Shown: positions 42,388 through 59,189 of the stretch, in pieces
Layout: each line of letters begins with the position of its first letter
Position numbering within the stretch: the first letter of the stretch is position 1
NCBI RefSeq assembly: GCF_009914755.1
Contig: NC_060947.1
DNA from: the human T2T-CHM13v2.0 reference genome, Homo sapiens
DNA length: 64,000 nt
Direction: 5' to 3' (one strand)
Program-made: the position numbers and the translations under genes
Notes under the pieces: model-generated
The model's database searches: none
Told to the model about the DNA's origin: nothing
The model's input: only the letters and a program-made list of their open reading frames with translations

Positions 42388-42671
42388 CCTCAACCCCACC
42401 AAGCCGGGGGATACTCTCCTTCTTAATTGAATACAGCTTCTGTGTTCCATGGCGACATATTGACACAAGTTCTGCTGTTGGGGTTAGTGGCGATCTTACT
42501 GCATGCATACTGTTCCCTCAAACAGATTGTCAACCCCTTGAGGACAGAAGCTATATTATATTTTATGGACTTTTTGGTATCATCCAAAGCACAAGTAGTT
42601 CCCCAAGCAATGTTTGTTCGGTAACTGATTGCTATAATGTAAAATGAATAAACTTTTCCACATAAGTAAGC

Positions 42672-43102
42672 TGTATTAGGATTCTACAGAGAAACAGAAC
42701 CAAGAGGATGTGTGTGTGTGTGTATATATATATATTAAAGATTTATTCTAAGGAATTGGCTCTTGCAATTGTGAAGGCTTAGTGAGTCAAGAATCTGATG
42801 GAAGAGGCTGCCAGACTGGAGACCCAGAAGGAGCTAATGTTGCAGTTCAAGTCTGAAAGCTGCCTTGTAATCTCTTGCTCCACAGAGGGTAGTCTTTTGT
42901 TCTACTCACACCTTTAACTGATTGGATGAGGCCCACCTACATTGCGAAGGGCAATCTGCTTTCCCCAAAGTTAAATGATTTAAATATATTAAATGATTTA
43001 ATTTCATCTCAAAACACCCTCAAAGAACATCTCAAATAATGTTTGACCACATATCTGGGCACCATGGGCCAGCCAAGTTGACAAACAAAATTAACCATCA
43101 CA
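42672..43102 (-). mobile_element. ERVL solo LTR (MLT2B-like)
   Basis: 'tgtattaggattctacagagaaacagaacc', internal (TG)(TA), 'ctgattggatgaggcccacc', ends 'aaaattaaccatcaca'. Confidence 0.9.
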
Positions 43103-43474
43103 GTGGAAAATGTGAAAATTTTCATAACCGAAGGGTTAGCCTGGTCTCATATCTAGATACTCCACACGGTTTTCCCTTTTAAGGTTTATATCTTTGTGAA
43201 TTGAAAAATAGGGAAATAAAGGTAAAGCCAAAAGTGGTAGGGACTAGAGGTAGGCATCAGTTTTCTACCTCAATATACCCTAAACTACAACTTGTGCCAT
43301 AATTTTATGTTTCCCAGTGTGTGATTATTCCAGTTAATGCATGAACAAACACTTTAAATTGCTTGGTATTTATTTTAAGGGATACTAGAAAAATAAAACG
43401 AACATGTCAAAACTGTGACAATACATATTTACTAGGATGAGGCTATGTATTTAAAAAGTGTCCATTAAAAATAG

Positions 43475-45340
43475 ATTATATATGGTCACTCTTTGTAAAT
43501 GATGCGATCTTATATCTAGAAAACCCTGAAGACCCCAGCAAAAGACTCTTAGAACTGCTAAATAAATTCAGTAAAGTTGCAGGATACAAAATCAGCATAT
43601 AAAAATCTGTTGCATTTCTATATACCAACAATGAAATAGCTGAGAAAGAAATCCATTTACAATAGCTACAAAAAATAAAATACCTAGGAATAAATACAAC
43701 CAAGGAAGTGAAAGACCTCCTAGAATTCGTATGAAACAAACAACAACAACAAAAAGAGCTCAAATAGCTAAACAATCCTGAGCTGAAAGAACAAAGCTGA
43801 AGGCATCATACTACCTGACTTAAAACTATATTACAGCGCTACAATAACCAAAACAGCATGGTGTTAACAGACACATAGACCAATGGAACAGAACAAAGAA
43901 TCCAGAAAGAAATCCACATACTTACAGCCAACTGATATTTGACAAAGGCATCAAGCATATTCAACGAAGAAAGGATACCGTCTTCAATAAATGGTGCTGG
44001 GAAAATTGGATATCCTTATGCAGAAGAATGAAACTGGAACCTTATCTCTTTATATGAAAAATAACTCAAGATGGATTAAAGACTTAAACATAAGACCTGA
44101 AAGTATAAAACTAGAAGAAAACATAGAGGAAACACTTCAGGACTTTGGTCTAGGTTAACATTTTGTGGCTAAGACCACAAAAGCACAGGAAACAAAGATA
44201 AAAATAGACAAATAGGACTATATTAAACTAATAAGCTTCTTTACAGCAAAAGAAACAATCAAAAGAGTGAAGAGACAACCTGTTGAGTGGGAGAAAATAT
44301 ATACAAACTGTTCACTTGATAAGAGACTAATATGCAGAATATAAAAGGAATTCAAACAACAACATAAAACCAAATAATTCCATTAAAAAGTGAACAGAAG
44401 ATATGCACAGACGTTTCCCAAAAGATGGCTAACAGGTATATGAAAAAATACTCAGCATCACTAATCATCAGGGAAACGCAAATTAAAGCCACAATGAGAT
44501 ATCATCTCAACCAAGTTAGAATAGCTACTATTAAAAAGACAAAAGATAACAGATGCTGGTGAGAATGCAGAGAAAATGGAATGCTTATACAGCATTGGTG
44601 GGAATGCAAATTAGCGCAGCCATTATGGACAACAGTATGGAGATTTCTCAAAAATTTGAAAATAGACCTACCATACGATCCAGCTGTCATACTGCTGGGT
44701 ATTTATCCAAATGAAAAGAAACCAACATATCAAAGAGATACCTTCACTCGCATATTTATCATAGCACTATTCATAATAGTAAAGATATCAAATCAACCTA
44801 AGTGTCTATCAAGGGATGAATGAATTTTTAAAATGTGGTACTTATACACAGTGGAATACTATTTGGCCATAAAAAAGAACAAAATCATGTTATTTGCAGC
44901 AACATGAACAGAACTGGAGGTCATTAAATAAAATAAGCCAGACACAGAAAGACAAATATCCCATGTTCTTACTCATATGGGGAGATTAAGAAGTTGCTCT
45001 CGTAAAGGTAAAGAGTAGAATGACAGATACTAGAGACTAGAAGGGTGGGTGGGAAGGTGGAATAACAAGTTTGGTTATAGGGTACAAACATATAGTTAGC
45101 TACAAGGTATAAATCATACCATTTCATAGCAGAGTAGAGTGACTTTAGTTAACAACAATGTGTTATATATTTAAAAGTATCTAGAGAGATTACTTGAACT
45201 CTTTCTAACCCATAGAAATGATAAATACTCAAAGTGATGGACGCTCTTAATGCCGTGACTTGATCATTACACATTCTATGAATATAACAAAAGATCACAT
45301 GTACCCCATAAATATATAAAATATTATTTATCAATAAAAA
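43475..45340 (+). mobile_element. 5'-truncated L1MA (~L1MA4-6) ORF2 3' part and 3'UTR
   Basis: ORF2 remnants ([30 protein letters not shown]); 3'UTR 'gacttgatcattacacattctatg...cacatgtaccccataaatatata'. Confidence 0.9.
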
Positions 45341-45721
45341 GATCAATGTAAGCATAAAAGCTTGGGGAAAGGACATACTTGGTTAAGAATTATAATTACA
45401 AACAACGATGCAGTTTAAAACCTTTTAAAACTTCATACTGACAACATACTTCCTAAGGTGATCTCTCTGCACTTTTAATAATGGTGACACTCATATCATT
45501 TGTAATATACAACCAAAGAGAATAAAATATCTTCTTGTTAAATTTTATAAAATCAAAACAAATATATTGTGTAGATAATAGTACAGTGGTAACCAAAAGA
45601 ATTGTTCAAAAGAAAGTAAAGACTCTGGGAGTAAAGACTGAATCCTGAATGAAAGCTTTCCTGCCCAGCAGGGAAGCTGATTCGGCACAGAGTTTATGTT
45701 CTGGGGCAAGAGGCTTGGAGG

Positions 45722-47820
<2,099 letters not shown>

Positions 47821-49262
47821 TAAAGCTGAAAACTGCAGTCTCTGTGGCCCATATTGGGAAAGAAAGCCCACTGGACCCTCTGATTGTCTGGCATTGTCTA
47901 GGCCAATTCCTTAGGCTGTGTGTAAGTGTTGAGCTGGTTGTTAGCAGGTTTTCCAAGAAGTGGTCCTTGAAGCTTTTCCAAGGAGTGTGACTGATTTAGG
48001 AATGTGGTGCCTGAGTTGTTTTGTGGCTCCTGATTTAGGATTAGGGTGATCGAGAATCACTTTAGTGGAAGCCAGGTCTGCACCACTGTCTGCAGGCAAG
48101 GCAGCCTTATCAGGATTTGTCACTGCTTAAGCGTTTTCCTTTCTGAGACACTTCTTTTCAGCTTTGCAGACCCACATATGCCTGTCTCTATAATTCTTGC
48201 CAAATTTCTTGGATGATGAAGGTTGTACCAAAGCCTTTTTCACTACATGAGATATACCAAGGAATCCTTCTAGAAAGGATGAGAGCAGCAAAGTAGTAGA
48301 GAATGGTTGTGTTCAGGCCAGAATCCCCATGCTGGCCTATACACATATCACAATGATGTATGAGTAGATTCACTTTATTTTGAACAGTGATCCTTCCAGC
48401 ACTGGTCCATCCAATCTCCCCAGACATAGGCAGCAGGAGCAAACTTTAGAGTTAGAAGTGTGCAAATTGTGACATTCTCATATAATTTACTAAAATTAAA
48501 GTTATTTTTTACCCTGAAACTCTATTACAGCTAGTGGCAAAAATGTAATATTAGACATTCAGAATAACTGAGGTACTTCAATATTTTAAAGCCAATTTAG
48601 AGTTTTGCTCCTTCTGCCCTCACTCTCTGAAGTGGCAGCTAGCTTCTGGAAATAGAGCTGGGAGAGTTACATGGCTCTCAGGTATTAAGTGATGTGGGCA
48701 TTTTGTCTGCAGGTACTTTCCGTTGTCCATTGTCTTTTGCTCATTTCCTCTGAACTTGGGCACTGGCCTTTAACCGGGCTGTGTCTGTACAGATGTCTGT
48801 TGCTGTCCTGGGCTGGCTCCTTTTCTCTGTGTTACAACCATGCCCTTTGGAATGAAGGCTGAAGAAAACGTTTACGTGTTACTTCATGCCTGCTACCCTA
48901 GGAAACAAGGGATAGGGGCACTCTCTCAGGCCCTTTTCATGTAGACTTGTCCTGGCATGAGCCCTATTCCCTAGCTGATACACCATTTTAGCATGGGTTC
49001 TTCCCCATGAGGACTGCCACCCTTTCACCTCTATGACCTCCACTCACAGAATTAAACACAGACCTTTTATACATATTCATAAACTCCCCCAGTCAAATCT
49101 GCCTGCAGTTTCTTTAATCCACCCCCTACTGCCATGATAAGGAATCTCGGGTGAAGAAGGCACTGGGCCTTTTGTTCAGGTAGCTTCTGAAGTTGGGTTC
49201 CAGGGAAAACTTTGGTTGGAAAAGGGTTATAAGATTTTTATGAAAACTCAGGTCATGGTCCC

Positions 49263-49306
49263 ACAACGCGACATATATATATATACACACATATATATCG
49301 CGTTGT
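49263..49306. repeat. Inverted repeat (16-bp arms, 1 mismatch) around a TA/CA microsatellite
   Basis: acaacgcgacatatat ... atatatatcgcgttgt. Confidence 0.9.
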
Positions 49307-49825
49307 ATATATGTATTTACAGATGGTTTTGCCATAGGGCAGGAAAAATAAATGGGACTCAAGGAAAGTGATCCAAAAGCAAAAGCAACTGAGAGGTATA
49401 CGATAATGTAATATCTTCTCTGTGATAACTACAGACAGGCAGTTAAAGGTGGGAAAACAGAAGGAAGTAAAGGCCAAGAATTCTAAAGCCCCAAACTAAG
49501 ATCTGAAAACCATTGTTGCCTGTATTTGTATAACAAATGGGCTTCTGGCTTTTAAAATGTTTTAGGGTAACTGAAAAAAAAATAGATTTCTACTTTAGTC
49601 TGAAAAGAGAATAGGAGCTAAACTAAGCAGCAATTAAAGTGGTTAAAGGTTAATGGGAAAAGTTGCTTCTAGGGTCTCATATTTCTTTAATTTTGGTCTA
49701 TTATTGTATTGTAATATTTAAGCCTCCTATTTATATTTTAATAGAAAGTTACATTTTTGAAAGAAAAAGAATGGTTGATATTTGCATTTAGCACACCAAT
49801 AAAAAATAGTTTTCCTATTTATACT

Positions 49826-50037
49826 AGGAGATGACAAACTTTGGCTCCTAGGCCAAAGGTAGCCCACTACCTGCTCTTGTAAATAAAGTGTTATTGGAAC
49901 ACAGCCACACCAATTTGTTTACATATTGTCTATGGCTGCAATGGCAGAATTGAGTAGTTGCAACAGAGACTATATGGCCTACAAAGTCAAAAATATTTAC
50001 TGCATTACTCTTTACAGAAATAGTTTATTGGCCCCTG
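49826..50037. mobile_element. MER58A (hAT-Charlie)
   Basis: 'gtaaataaagtgttattggaacacagccac', 'gcagaattgagtagttgcaacagagac', 'aaaatatttact...ctttacagaaa'. Confidence 0.9.
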
Positions 50038-50767
50038 ATTCATATGATGAGGTCATAATCCAGGTATCCACATCCACCTTGTGGCAAATTATGTAAATTA
50101 CTGGTACAGTGCTTTTGAGAATTAAAGAAGGTCTGTATGACCAGCCTAATAAAATCACACTTCACGTTGATGGAAAATACACTTTATTAGATAGGAAAGA
50201 ATCATCTCATCTGTAGCTAATGAAATATGCTAACTATCAAGAGAAAATCATAGTTTCCTTTTCGTTAGTTAACTGGTCATATTAAAAAGATGAATCTTTA
50301 AAAAATTATCATAAAGCAAGACCTACAAAAAATAGTTAAGTCCTTGGCTACTCTTAATGAGCACCCACTCTAAGCACCAGAACTTCTTGCAATTGTTACC
50401 ATTTTTTTTGAACTTTAAAATTGATGTCACCCATACTGGCATGATCTAAATACTTTATGTCTAAAATTTTAATCTTTCTTTTCATTACAAATAATGTATT
50501 ACAGTATTATTTGACTTTGTTCCCACCATAGCTAAACCCGCCTTTCTTGACTCTGGCTGCGCACTACAATCATTTTAAGAGTTTTTCAAATGTGCTAAAA
50601 TCCTGGCACTGCCCCAGAGAAACAAAATTAAAATTTTTCAGGAAGGGGACCACAGCATCAGCAAAACGCTCCCCAGGTGTTTCTAATGTATATCTGAGCT
50701 GAAAATCAGAGATATGAAAATAACTAAACTGTGCTTATGAGTTTTATTTCATGAGCTTGAATTTAAC

Positions 50768-51199
50768 TGTGTTAGTCTGTTCTTGAATTGCTATAAAGAG
50801 ATACCTGAGACTGGGTAATTTATAAAGAAAAGAGGTTTATTTGGCTCCCAGTTCTGCATGGTTTACAGAAAGCACAGTGCTGGCATCTGCCTGGCTTCTG
50901 GTGAATTCTCAGGCAGCTTATAATAGCAGAAAGCAAAGGGGGAGCAGGCACCTCACATGTTGAAAGCAGGAACAAGCGAAAGAAAGTGGAGTGGTGGGGA
51001 GGTGCCCCACACTTTTAAATGACCAGATCATATGTGAACTCACAGTAAGAGCTCACTTATCGCCAAGGGGTTGGCCTAAGCCATTCATGAGGGACCCACC
51101 CCCATGATCCAAATACCTCCCACCAGGCCCCACCATCAACACTGGAGGTTACAGTTCAACATGAGATTTGGGTGGGGGACAAATATCCGAACTACATCA
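50768..51199 (-). mobile_element. MaLR solo LTR (MSTA/MSTB)
   Basis: tgtgttagtc...actacatca termini; TSD ttaac / ataac. Confidence 0.93.
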
Positions 51200-51261
51200 A
51201 TAACCTTTGGTATTTCCCAGAAGAAGTAAAACAACATCAAATCTGGAAACTCACAAAATCA

Positions 51262-51922
<661 letters not shown>

Positions 51923-53064
51923 TCATCCAAGTGTTTTTGAACATTGAAAAGAAAACAAAATCCTAGCTTTGTTAAGTGTTTTTTTGTTTGTTTTCAATCT
52001 CAGACACCACTTGGACCCAGCATGGTTGTAGGACCTCCTTCTTCAAGTGCTCCTCTCTGTCTCCTTGGGCACTCCAGGCAGTTGTCAGATAACCATCTCC
52101 AGCTTTTCCGTAAGCTGTGCTTGTAGCAACAGGGACTTATCTACTCTGATTCAAGAGTTCTTGAAATCACTTGTGCCATGGGTACCTGAAGCATTCCTTG
52201 ACACATTTTCCTTTCCTATCTTTGCACTTCAGTGGTTCCGTTCCACTGCTTCTCGATGTCTCTCTTTACCCAGGCCTCATTCACATTCACCTGGAGGTTC
52301 CTGCTGTCCGCCTTCTGGCTTGCCTGCCTGCTTCTCTAGCTCTTCTCCCCCCCAGCTCATTCTGACATGCTTTACCTTATCTCAAAGTGTTAAGTCGTTT
52401 TCTGCAGACCTTTCACACAGATCAGAGTTTAGGTTTCTTTTCTGTTTTACTTTTTTTGTTTGCTTACATTCCCAAACTAGCACTGTTCTATCATATTTAC
52501 ACTTGATTATGTTGCTCAGGTTCCCTGTAAGTCAACTCCATGCTCATCTTCAATCTATAGGAATCTGTCTCATAATTGATAGTGACATCTGGGCAAGAAG
52601 CATCTTAATTGCTGTCTGTTATTTGCATAAATCTTCCATAAAACACAAAATGGGTTTTTAACCTTATTAATGAATAAACACGTTAGCCCATACAGGTGAA
52701 GTGTTAATTGCTTTTCTCAGTTAACGTCTTGAATGACAGCCTGATACAGGTGAACTGTCAAATTTGGGCGTGTCTCTGAAATATGGCTTCTTTACCTATT
52801 CAATCCCTCATTTTCAAAATGATCTAACTTGTCACAACAGCAGCTTTGAGAATTTTCATTCTTAGGGACAGAATTATTTTTCTAGAGTTGAGTTAAATTT
52901 ATTCAAGAATTTTAAATAAATCAAACATATATCTGCTGATTCAATCCAGCACAGACAGATCTTAAGGCCTTGGTTGATGGCTCAGGAATTACTAAACAGC
53001 ATAAAATTACTCATTTATATCTTTCCTAACAGATACATATACACACATAAAGACTTCAAGGTTT

Positions 53065-53167
53065 GTACACTAGAAACCTAATCCCCACCATTATGCAATA
53101 TATTAATGGAACAAACATGCACATGTACCGCCCCCCCCCACCACCAAATCTAAAATAAAATAAAATA
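53065..53167 (+). mobile_element. ~100-bp L1PB-like 3' tip with TSD
   Basis: 'ccaccattatgcaatat...aacaaacatgcacatgtacc..aatctaaaataaaataaaa'; TSD aaagacttcaaggttt / acagactttgaggttt. Confidence 0.8.
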
Positions 53168-53578
53168 ACAGACTTTGAGGTTTTCTTTAGATGATTTTAA
53201 AACAAATTCATGATCTCAGGACACACACAAACTGATGTGATGGTGAGACAAAGCAACCCAAAGCATAGTGCAGGATAAACATATCTCTGGAGGATCATTC
53301 ACAAAGTAGGTTACCTATGTACACATAATCAAAAGTTTCTAGTAAGTTGTTATGTTCTTCTGTTTAGAATATGTGATAAACATGATGCCTGTCATAACCA
53401 TTATAATTATTAGAACCTTATGGTTAGAAATGAAACATTTGCACTCAGGTTTATTAGCCAGAACTAAATACATTGCTCCAGGTTTCATGTGCCCAAATCT
53501 CTCCTCTCACTTATTTTGGTACAGTAAATTGAAATGCATTACATGTTTCTTCACTTGTACTTCCCCTAAGCTTTTCTT

Positions 53579-53617
53579 CCCCCCGCCCCCGCCCCGCCCC
53601 GCCCCGCCCCCACCCCC
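53579..53617. repeat. (CCCCG)n C-rich tract; G-quadruplex potential on minus strand; tandem GC boxes
   Basis: ccccccgcccccgccccgccccgccccgcccccaccccc. Confidence 0.9.
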
Positions 53618-53691
53618 ATTCTGTTTGTGTGCGGTTGATTACATGGCCCCGGTACAATAGCTTTTTTATTTCCAAAACGCATCATTGCAGG

Positions 53692-53705
53692 CCTGTAGGG
53701 GGAGC
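53692..53705 (+). promoter_or_regulatory. Candidate CTCF core motif
   Basis: CCTGTAGGGGGAGC vs consensus CCASYAGRKGGCRS. Confidence 0.45.
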
Positions 53706-53721
53706 TCTTCTACGCTATGCT

Positions 53722-53871
53722 CTTGCTACTCAACATGTAGTCTGGAGAACTGCATCATCAACTGGGCCCTTGGCAGAAATCCAGAACATCTGGTCCCACC
53801 CCAGAAGGACCATATCAGAATTTGCATTTTAGCAAGATTACCATTTTCACATCAAAGTTAGAGAAATACTG
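53722..53871 (+). mobile_element. MER5A
   Basis: 'gcagaaatccagaacatctggtcccaccccaga..accatatcagaatttgcattttagcaagat...aaagttagagaaatactg'. Confidence 0.75.
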
Positions 53872-54209
53872 CCATTCATGCTCCACCTTTTCCTTCCCTT
53901 TCCCAACTCTTGCTCAAGGGAAGACAATTTAAGAACCAATTTGACTGGCTGCTGCATTAGTAGACAGAATTCTTCAGTGAGAAGAGCAAATAAGAGTTAC
54001 ATCCCACATTATAGTAATCTCTTTTTGGATGACTTTCTTTCAATGGCACACGGGTAAAATGGCTTAGCCATGTGACTATTAGATTCTGAGTTTCACTCAT
54101 ACTCCATCCACTATCTTACGGAATAATTTTGGGTAGGGGCACTGTGCTAGGTTCTTGAGACAGACAAAAATGAGGCGAGGTAGTTTATGAAGGAAATTTA
54201 TGTTGAGAC

Positions 54210-54460
54210 ACAATATAGCATAGTAGTTAAGAGTGTGAGCTCTGAAGAAATACTCCTGGATTCAAAGCCGGGTTCCGTAACACATTAGCTATGTGTCTTC
54301 TGGCAAATTACTTAATCTTTCTAGGCATGATGGGGATGATAACAATAGTATCTACTTCCTGAGTCTGTTATAAAAAAAAAAAGAAGTAGAGATATAAAAT
54401 GTATAGAACCAGTGCCTAGCACATAATAATTGCATAAATTTTAAAAACCTATTACTATTA
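54210..54460 (+). mobile_element. MIR
   Basis: 'aatatagcatagtagttaagagtgtgagctctgaag...cctggattcaaagccggg...ggcaaattacttaatc'. Confidence 0.85.
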
Positions 54461-54641
54461 TTGGGCATTAAGAAATCTCTGTTTCCAAGAGTGAAAGTAA
54501 AAAACTGAAATACTCTTAGGAAATCTTTACATTAAGCTGGAAGGTATGCTCCCAGGAACTGGAATACTAATAGGCAACAGTTTTTTTAAAACTAGATTTT
54601 TGGGCATTTTTAAGATGGAACAGCCGAGATACTATGGGTGA

Positions 54642-55092
54642 TGATATAGTTTGGATGTGTGTTCCCACCCAAATCTCATGTGGAAATGTAATCCCATTGT
54701 TGGAGGTGGGGCCTGGTGGGAGGTGACTGGATCATGGGGGCAGATTTCTCAAGAATGGTTTAGCACCATCCCTCTGGTACTGTCGTCATGATAGTGTGTG
54801 AGTTCTTGTGAGATCTGGTCATTTAAAAGTGTGTAGCACCTCCTCCCCACCTCGCTCCTTCTCCAGCCATGTGACATGCCTGTTCCCCCTTCACCTTCCA
54901 TCATCTGCCTGCTCCTCCTTCACTTTCCATCATGATTGTTAAGCTTCCTGAGGCCTCCCTGGAATCTGAGCAGATACCATTATGCTTCCTGTACAGTCTG
55001 CAGAATCCTGAGCCAACTAAACCTCTTTTCTTTATAATTACCCAATCTCAGGCATTTCTTTATAGCAATGCAAGAGTGGCTTAATTAATATA
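54642..55092 (+). mobile_element. MaLR solo LTR (MSTA/MSTB)
   Basis: tgatatagtttggatg...; TSD ggtga / ggtga; imperfect internal ~29-bp duplication at ~54877-54933. Confidence 0.93.
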
Positions 55093-56208
55093 GGTGACAT
55101 CACAAATTACTTATGATGCTAATTGATTAGAGACAAGGTATCAAGTCAAAGGGTGAGCTTAAGTTTACAATATGTTTACTGCCACATGGAATGGGTTAGA
55201 TTTGTCCCACCACAAGACTACCAACTGTAGTCTAAGTCCCAAGCAACCATCTTGAACGTGTGTGTTGAGGCTCACAATTGGGGCAGGAGAGCATATATAC
55301 TCGCATTACTGAAAATGTTAATTCAAAGTACATAGCTTAGCTGTTGTGTGTCAATCACACCTATTCCAGTGTTGGTATTCTCATGCTCCTGTACTCTGTC
55401 AACAATATATGGCTAAAACTACAAGACATGGGAAGAAATGCATTTGGAAGAGAAAACACATTCATGCCACTGAGCTTTCCATCATCCAAATTTTAAGCCC
55501 TATATTCATCCTCCAGAAGGGTGGCAACTCCTTATTAGTGAGGAAAGACAGCCTGCTTACCAAAGGTACAAAATCTGGTCTATTTGCAGTTCTAAGGGTC
55601 TCCATTCTCTTAAAAAATGATAACCCACACTTCTCAATTTACATTGTGTTTTAACCTGATCAACTTTAAAATGTAGAAAAAGTTCTTCAGGTCTCTGAGT
55701 TCAGCATTAGCCAACTATTTTGTAAATCTATCCCCATGACAAGTTTGGGAAAAGCCACAAGAAATCATAACAGCAACAAAAACCTCAACCCATACTATGC
55801 GATTACAAAAAAAAAAATAATACTTCAGTGGTTTTCTACCAAAAATAGTCTTTTAGTAACATAGTTCCCAACAATCTACAGGTATAATCCAGAGGTGTCC
55901 AGAATCCTCACCATGTCCCTGAAGGAGGTTCATTTTTTTGCCTTTGCCAGGTCCTACCTGAGGTCAGTGTGGGCTCACCATACTCAGTCATCTGTTCCTT
56001 GCTCAGTTTATTTCTCCATTTATAAGACCATTTGTTAATTTAAATGAGTCAAAACTTCACCAAACTCTTTCTTTAAATAGGAAGCCAACAGAATCATAGT
56101 TGTGGTGGACATTGTGTAACCTCCAGCTGCTAGAAGCACTGTCAGAATACAGCCTACCACTCTCAGCCCTAATTTCGGAGAGATACCTCACTCAAGACCC
56201 CATGGTAA

Positions 56209-56421
56209 CAGCGGGGTCCTGGTAAATATTTAAGAAGTGGCTCTTCAATAAAATAAACAAACAAGCCCAGATTGATCGATTTCCAATTTCTGTGATGTAA
56301 ATACTCCCTACATTGCCGATTTCAAGATACTGACATGACTGACTTCACTGAATGCAGAATGGGAATTGATGCACACAGTCAGCTCATGGGAGCTGGTATG
56401 AGCTAGCTCCAGCAAACCATG
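56209..56421 (-). mobile_element. MER63A-like (hAT-Blackjack)
   Basis: 'ctggtaaatattt', 'ccaatttctgtgatgtaaatactccc', 'gccgatttcaag', 'gagctagctccagcaaacca'; decayed 8-bp TSD catggtaa / cgtggtgg. Confidence 0.8.
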
Positions 56422-56438
56422 CGTGGTGGCCCATATCC

Positions 56439-56488
56439 AAAGACTGATTATGTGGGAGTAGAAAAAGACTGATTATGTGGGAGTAGAA
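56439..56488. repeat. Perfect 25-bp tandem duplication
   Basis: aaagactgattatgtgggagtagaa x2. Confidence 0.95.
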
Positions 56489-56617
56489 TGGCCTGGTGAA
56501 CTCAGGACAACTTGGAAGGGACATTCCCGGGGTTAGGTCAGCTGAGGCTGTTGTCAGGTTAGCATTCACAGTTCAACCTTCCCATCTACCTAACCCTGCT
56601 TCCTTTCTCCTCCCTTA

Positions 56618-56888
<271 letters not shown>

Positions 56889-58157
56889 CACATCCTATAT
56901 GCTAAATTCTGTGTGCTTCCTGGGGAACCCAACCTATGAAAATTTATACTTTTTAAATCTCCATGTGTGCTGCCAGTGATCCTCTACTGTTCTAAAGAAG
57001 AGCCCTCACATGATTTTATACTTTTTGCAAACCAGATAATCCAATTTAATTATTAATACGAGGACACCACATTTGTATAAAAGACAATTGGAATTACACT
57101 TACAGATTTTTTTTTAGAAACTAACAGAAACCTTCATAGGACATAACAACACTCTCTAAAGTCTGAGTCTCTTTTGAGATTCCCGAGGCAGAGGTAACAT
57201 TTCTAGGATACCTTCTACAATGCAAAATACTGTCTGCCTTTCTGCAACTGCACACAAGAAGGAACAATTTTCCTTTTTCTCTTGTGATAAAATGTATTTC
57301 ATAAGCAGTTAGAAGGGCCTGCTATGTCAAGGCTGACCACTGATGTTCACAAATAAACATCATAAATAAAAAAATCAGGTTATAGTAGCCCAATACTTAC
57401 AATATGAAAAGAAAGAGCAGAAAAATAATTTTAAAATATAGGCTGTGGGTCATGTAATGCTATGCACCGGCACTTTGATTCTGTTCACAAGACTCTCTTG
57501 GGTCTGGCATTGTTTGCTTCTATGTCCATGCTACCTTTGAGGACACAGATTACTCCATTCCCAGGAAACTCCTTGAGATTGTCTAAGGCGCTCTCTATTT
57601 CGGCTTACTCTGTAGCCACTTGTACTTCTATGTCACTCTTGTGCATGCAGGAGTCATTTTGGAAATTCTATGTAGCCGCTCCTCTAGCACCAAACAAACT
57701 CCAAAGGTCTACACACAACCCACAGCCACTTATACTGTTGTGAATTGCTGCCCCAGGAGGACCCACGAGGCACAAGGACTACCAGATTCATAGATTCCCT
57801 TAGGTTTGTTCCCAGTTCCACTCATCCTCTACTCCACTCAATCACACTGTTATAAATGGAGCTGTCTGCAGAACATGAGGGCGTGAAACAGCATTGAGAG
57901 GAAAAAAGCTGGAAGACTAGCTGAGCTCAGAGGGCACCTACGGTGAAATTCATAAAGTAAAACAACAATGAGTTACCCCTCCCCAAATCGTGTTAGTAAT
58001 GGCGTTAATATTTGCAGGGGACCCAAAGGGTGTCTGGTACATCACTCATTGAGACTGTCACCCAGGAACGAATGTCTTTAAGGAACATATCAGATATATG
58101 GGGCACAGGCAATAACTTTCTTCTTTACTCTGTCAGCATGTGTGTGTGTAAAATGAT

Positions 58158-58529
58158 TGATATGGTTTGGCTGTGTCTCACCCAAATCTCGTCTTGAATT
58201 GCAGTTCCCATAATCCCCACGTGTTGTGGGAGGGACCAGGTGGAAGGTAATTGAATCATGGGGGCGGTTACCCTCATGCTGTTCTTGTGATAGTGAGTGA
58301 ATTCTCACAAGACCTGATGGTTTTATAAGGGGTTTTCCCCACCTTCATGCTCATTTCTCTCTCCTGCCACCATGCAAAGAAGGACATGTTGCTTCCCTTT
58401 CCACCATGATTGTAAGTTTCCTGTGGCCTCTCCAGCCCTGTGGAACTGTGAGTCAATTACACCTCTTTCCTTTATAAATTACCCAGTCTCGTGCAGTTCT
58501 TTATAGCAGTATGAGAACAGACTAACACA
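58158..58529 (+). mobile_element. THE1 solo LTR (THE1C-like)
   Basis: tgatatggtttggctgtgtc...gactaacaca; perfect 5-bp TSD atgat (58153-58157 / 58530-58534). Confidence 0.95.
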
Positions 58530-59189
58530 ATGATGTACCTAAAATGAAGGTTAAAAAATCAGGGGGTGGAGGCAGAAAGGAACACTCGGGACAATAATTC
58601 AGACTGTTGGAATGACCGCAATGCCCTTCTCCTCAGCTCCAAGTTTAATTGCTGCTTTCTTCAGGATTTTCCAGAAAGCACTTACCCATTCTTCTTCACT
58701 CTGAAAATGAACTCCACTCTCTTTGCGCCTCTCTTAAGACAAGTAAGCCCCTATCATACACGAGTTTACATCATTTTGCCCTTACTCAACGATACATTTT
58801 TCAAGGGCAGCATTCATATCTGATTCACAGATCTCAGTTCCTTCAGCTAGTATCTTGCATGCCATGTAAGTAACCAGTGTATATCTCTGAAGAAATGCAG
58901 CAATGACAGTAGTAATTTGGGTCTGATCACAATGCAGCTTTCAGGAGCTTTCTCATGACTAGGCTTAAAGTGCTTTTCTTCTGTAAGATCTAAGCATCGG
59001 AGTGTAATGCCTCCTCGCTGTTTTAAAGTGAAATTGGTCATTAGAAATGAAATTAGGATCACAAATAATTTGTAAAAGTCTCTTCTAGGGCAGGAAAGAA
59101 TGTAAATCTAATGCCCAGTAGCCTAATTAGGCTTTGAAATGTTATTGGTATATGAAACCCAAGTGCTTGTAAGCACCGATCTAGAACAT

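Noticed and set aside
52047-52661. 204-aa ORF
   Set aside because: No ATG start, low-complexity S/L/F composition, no recognisable homology.
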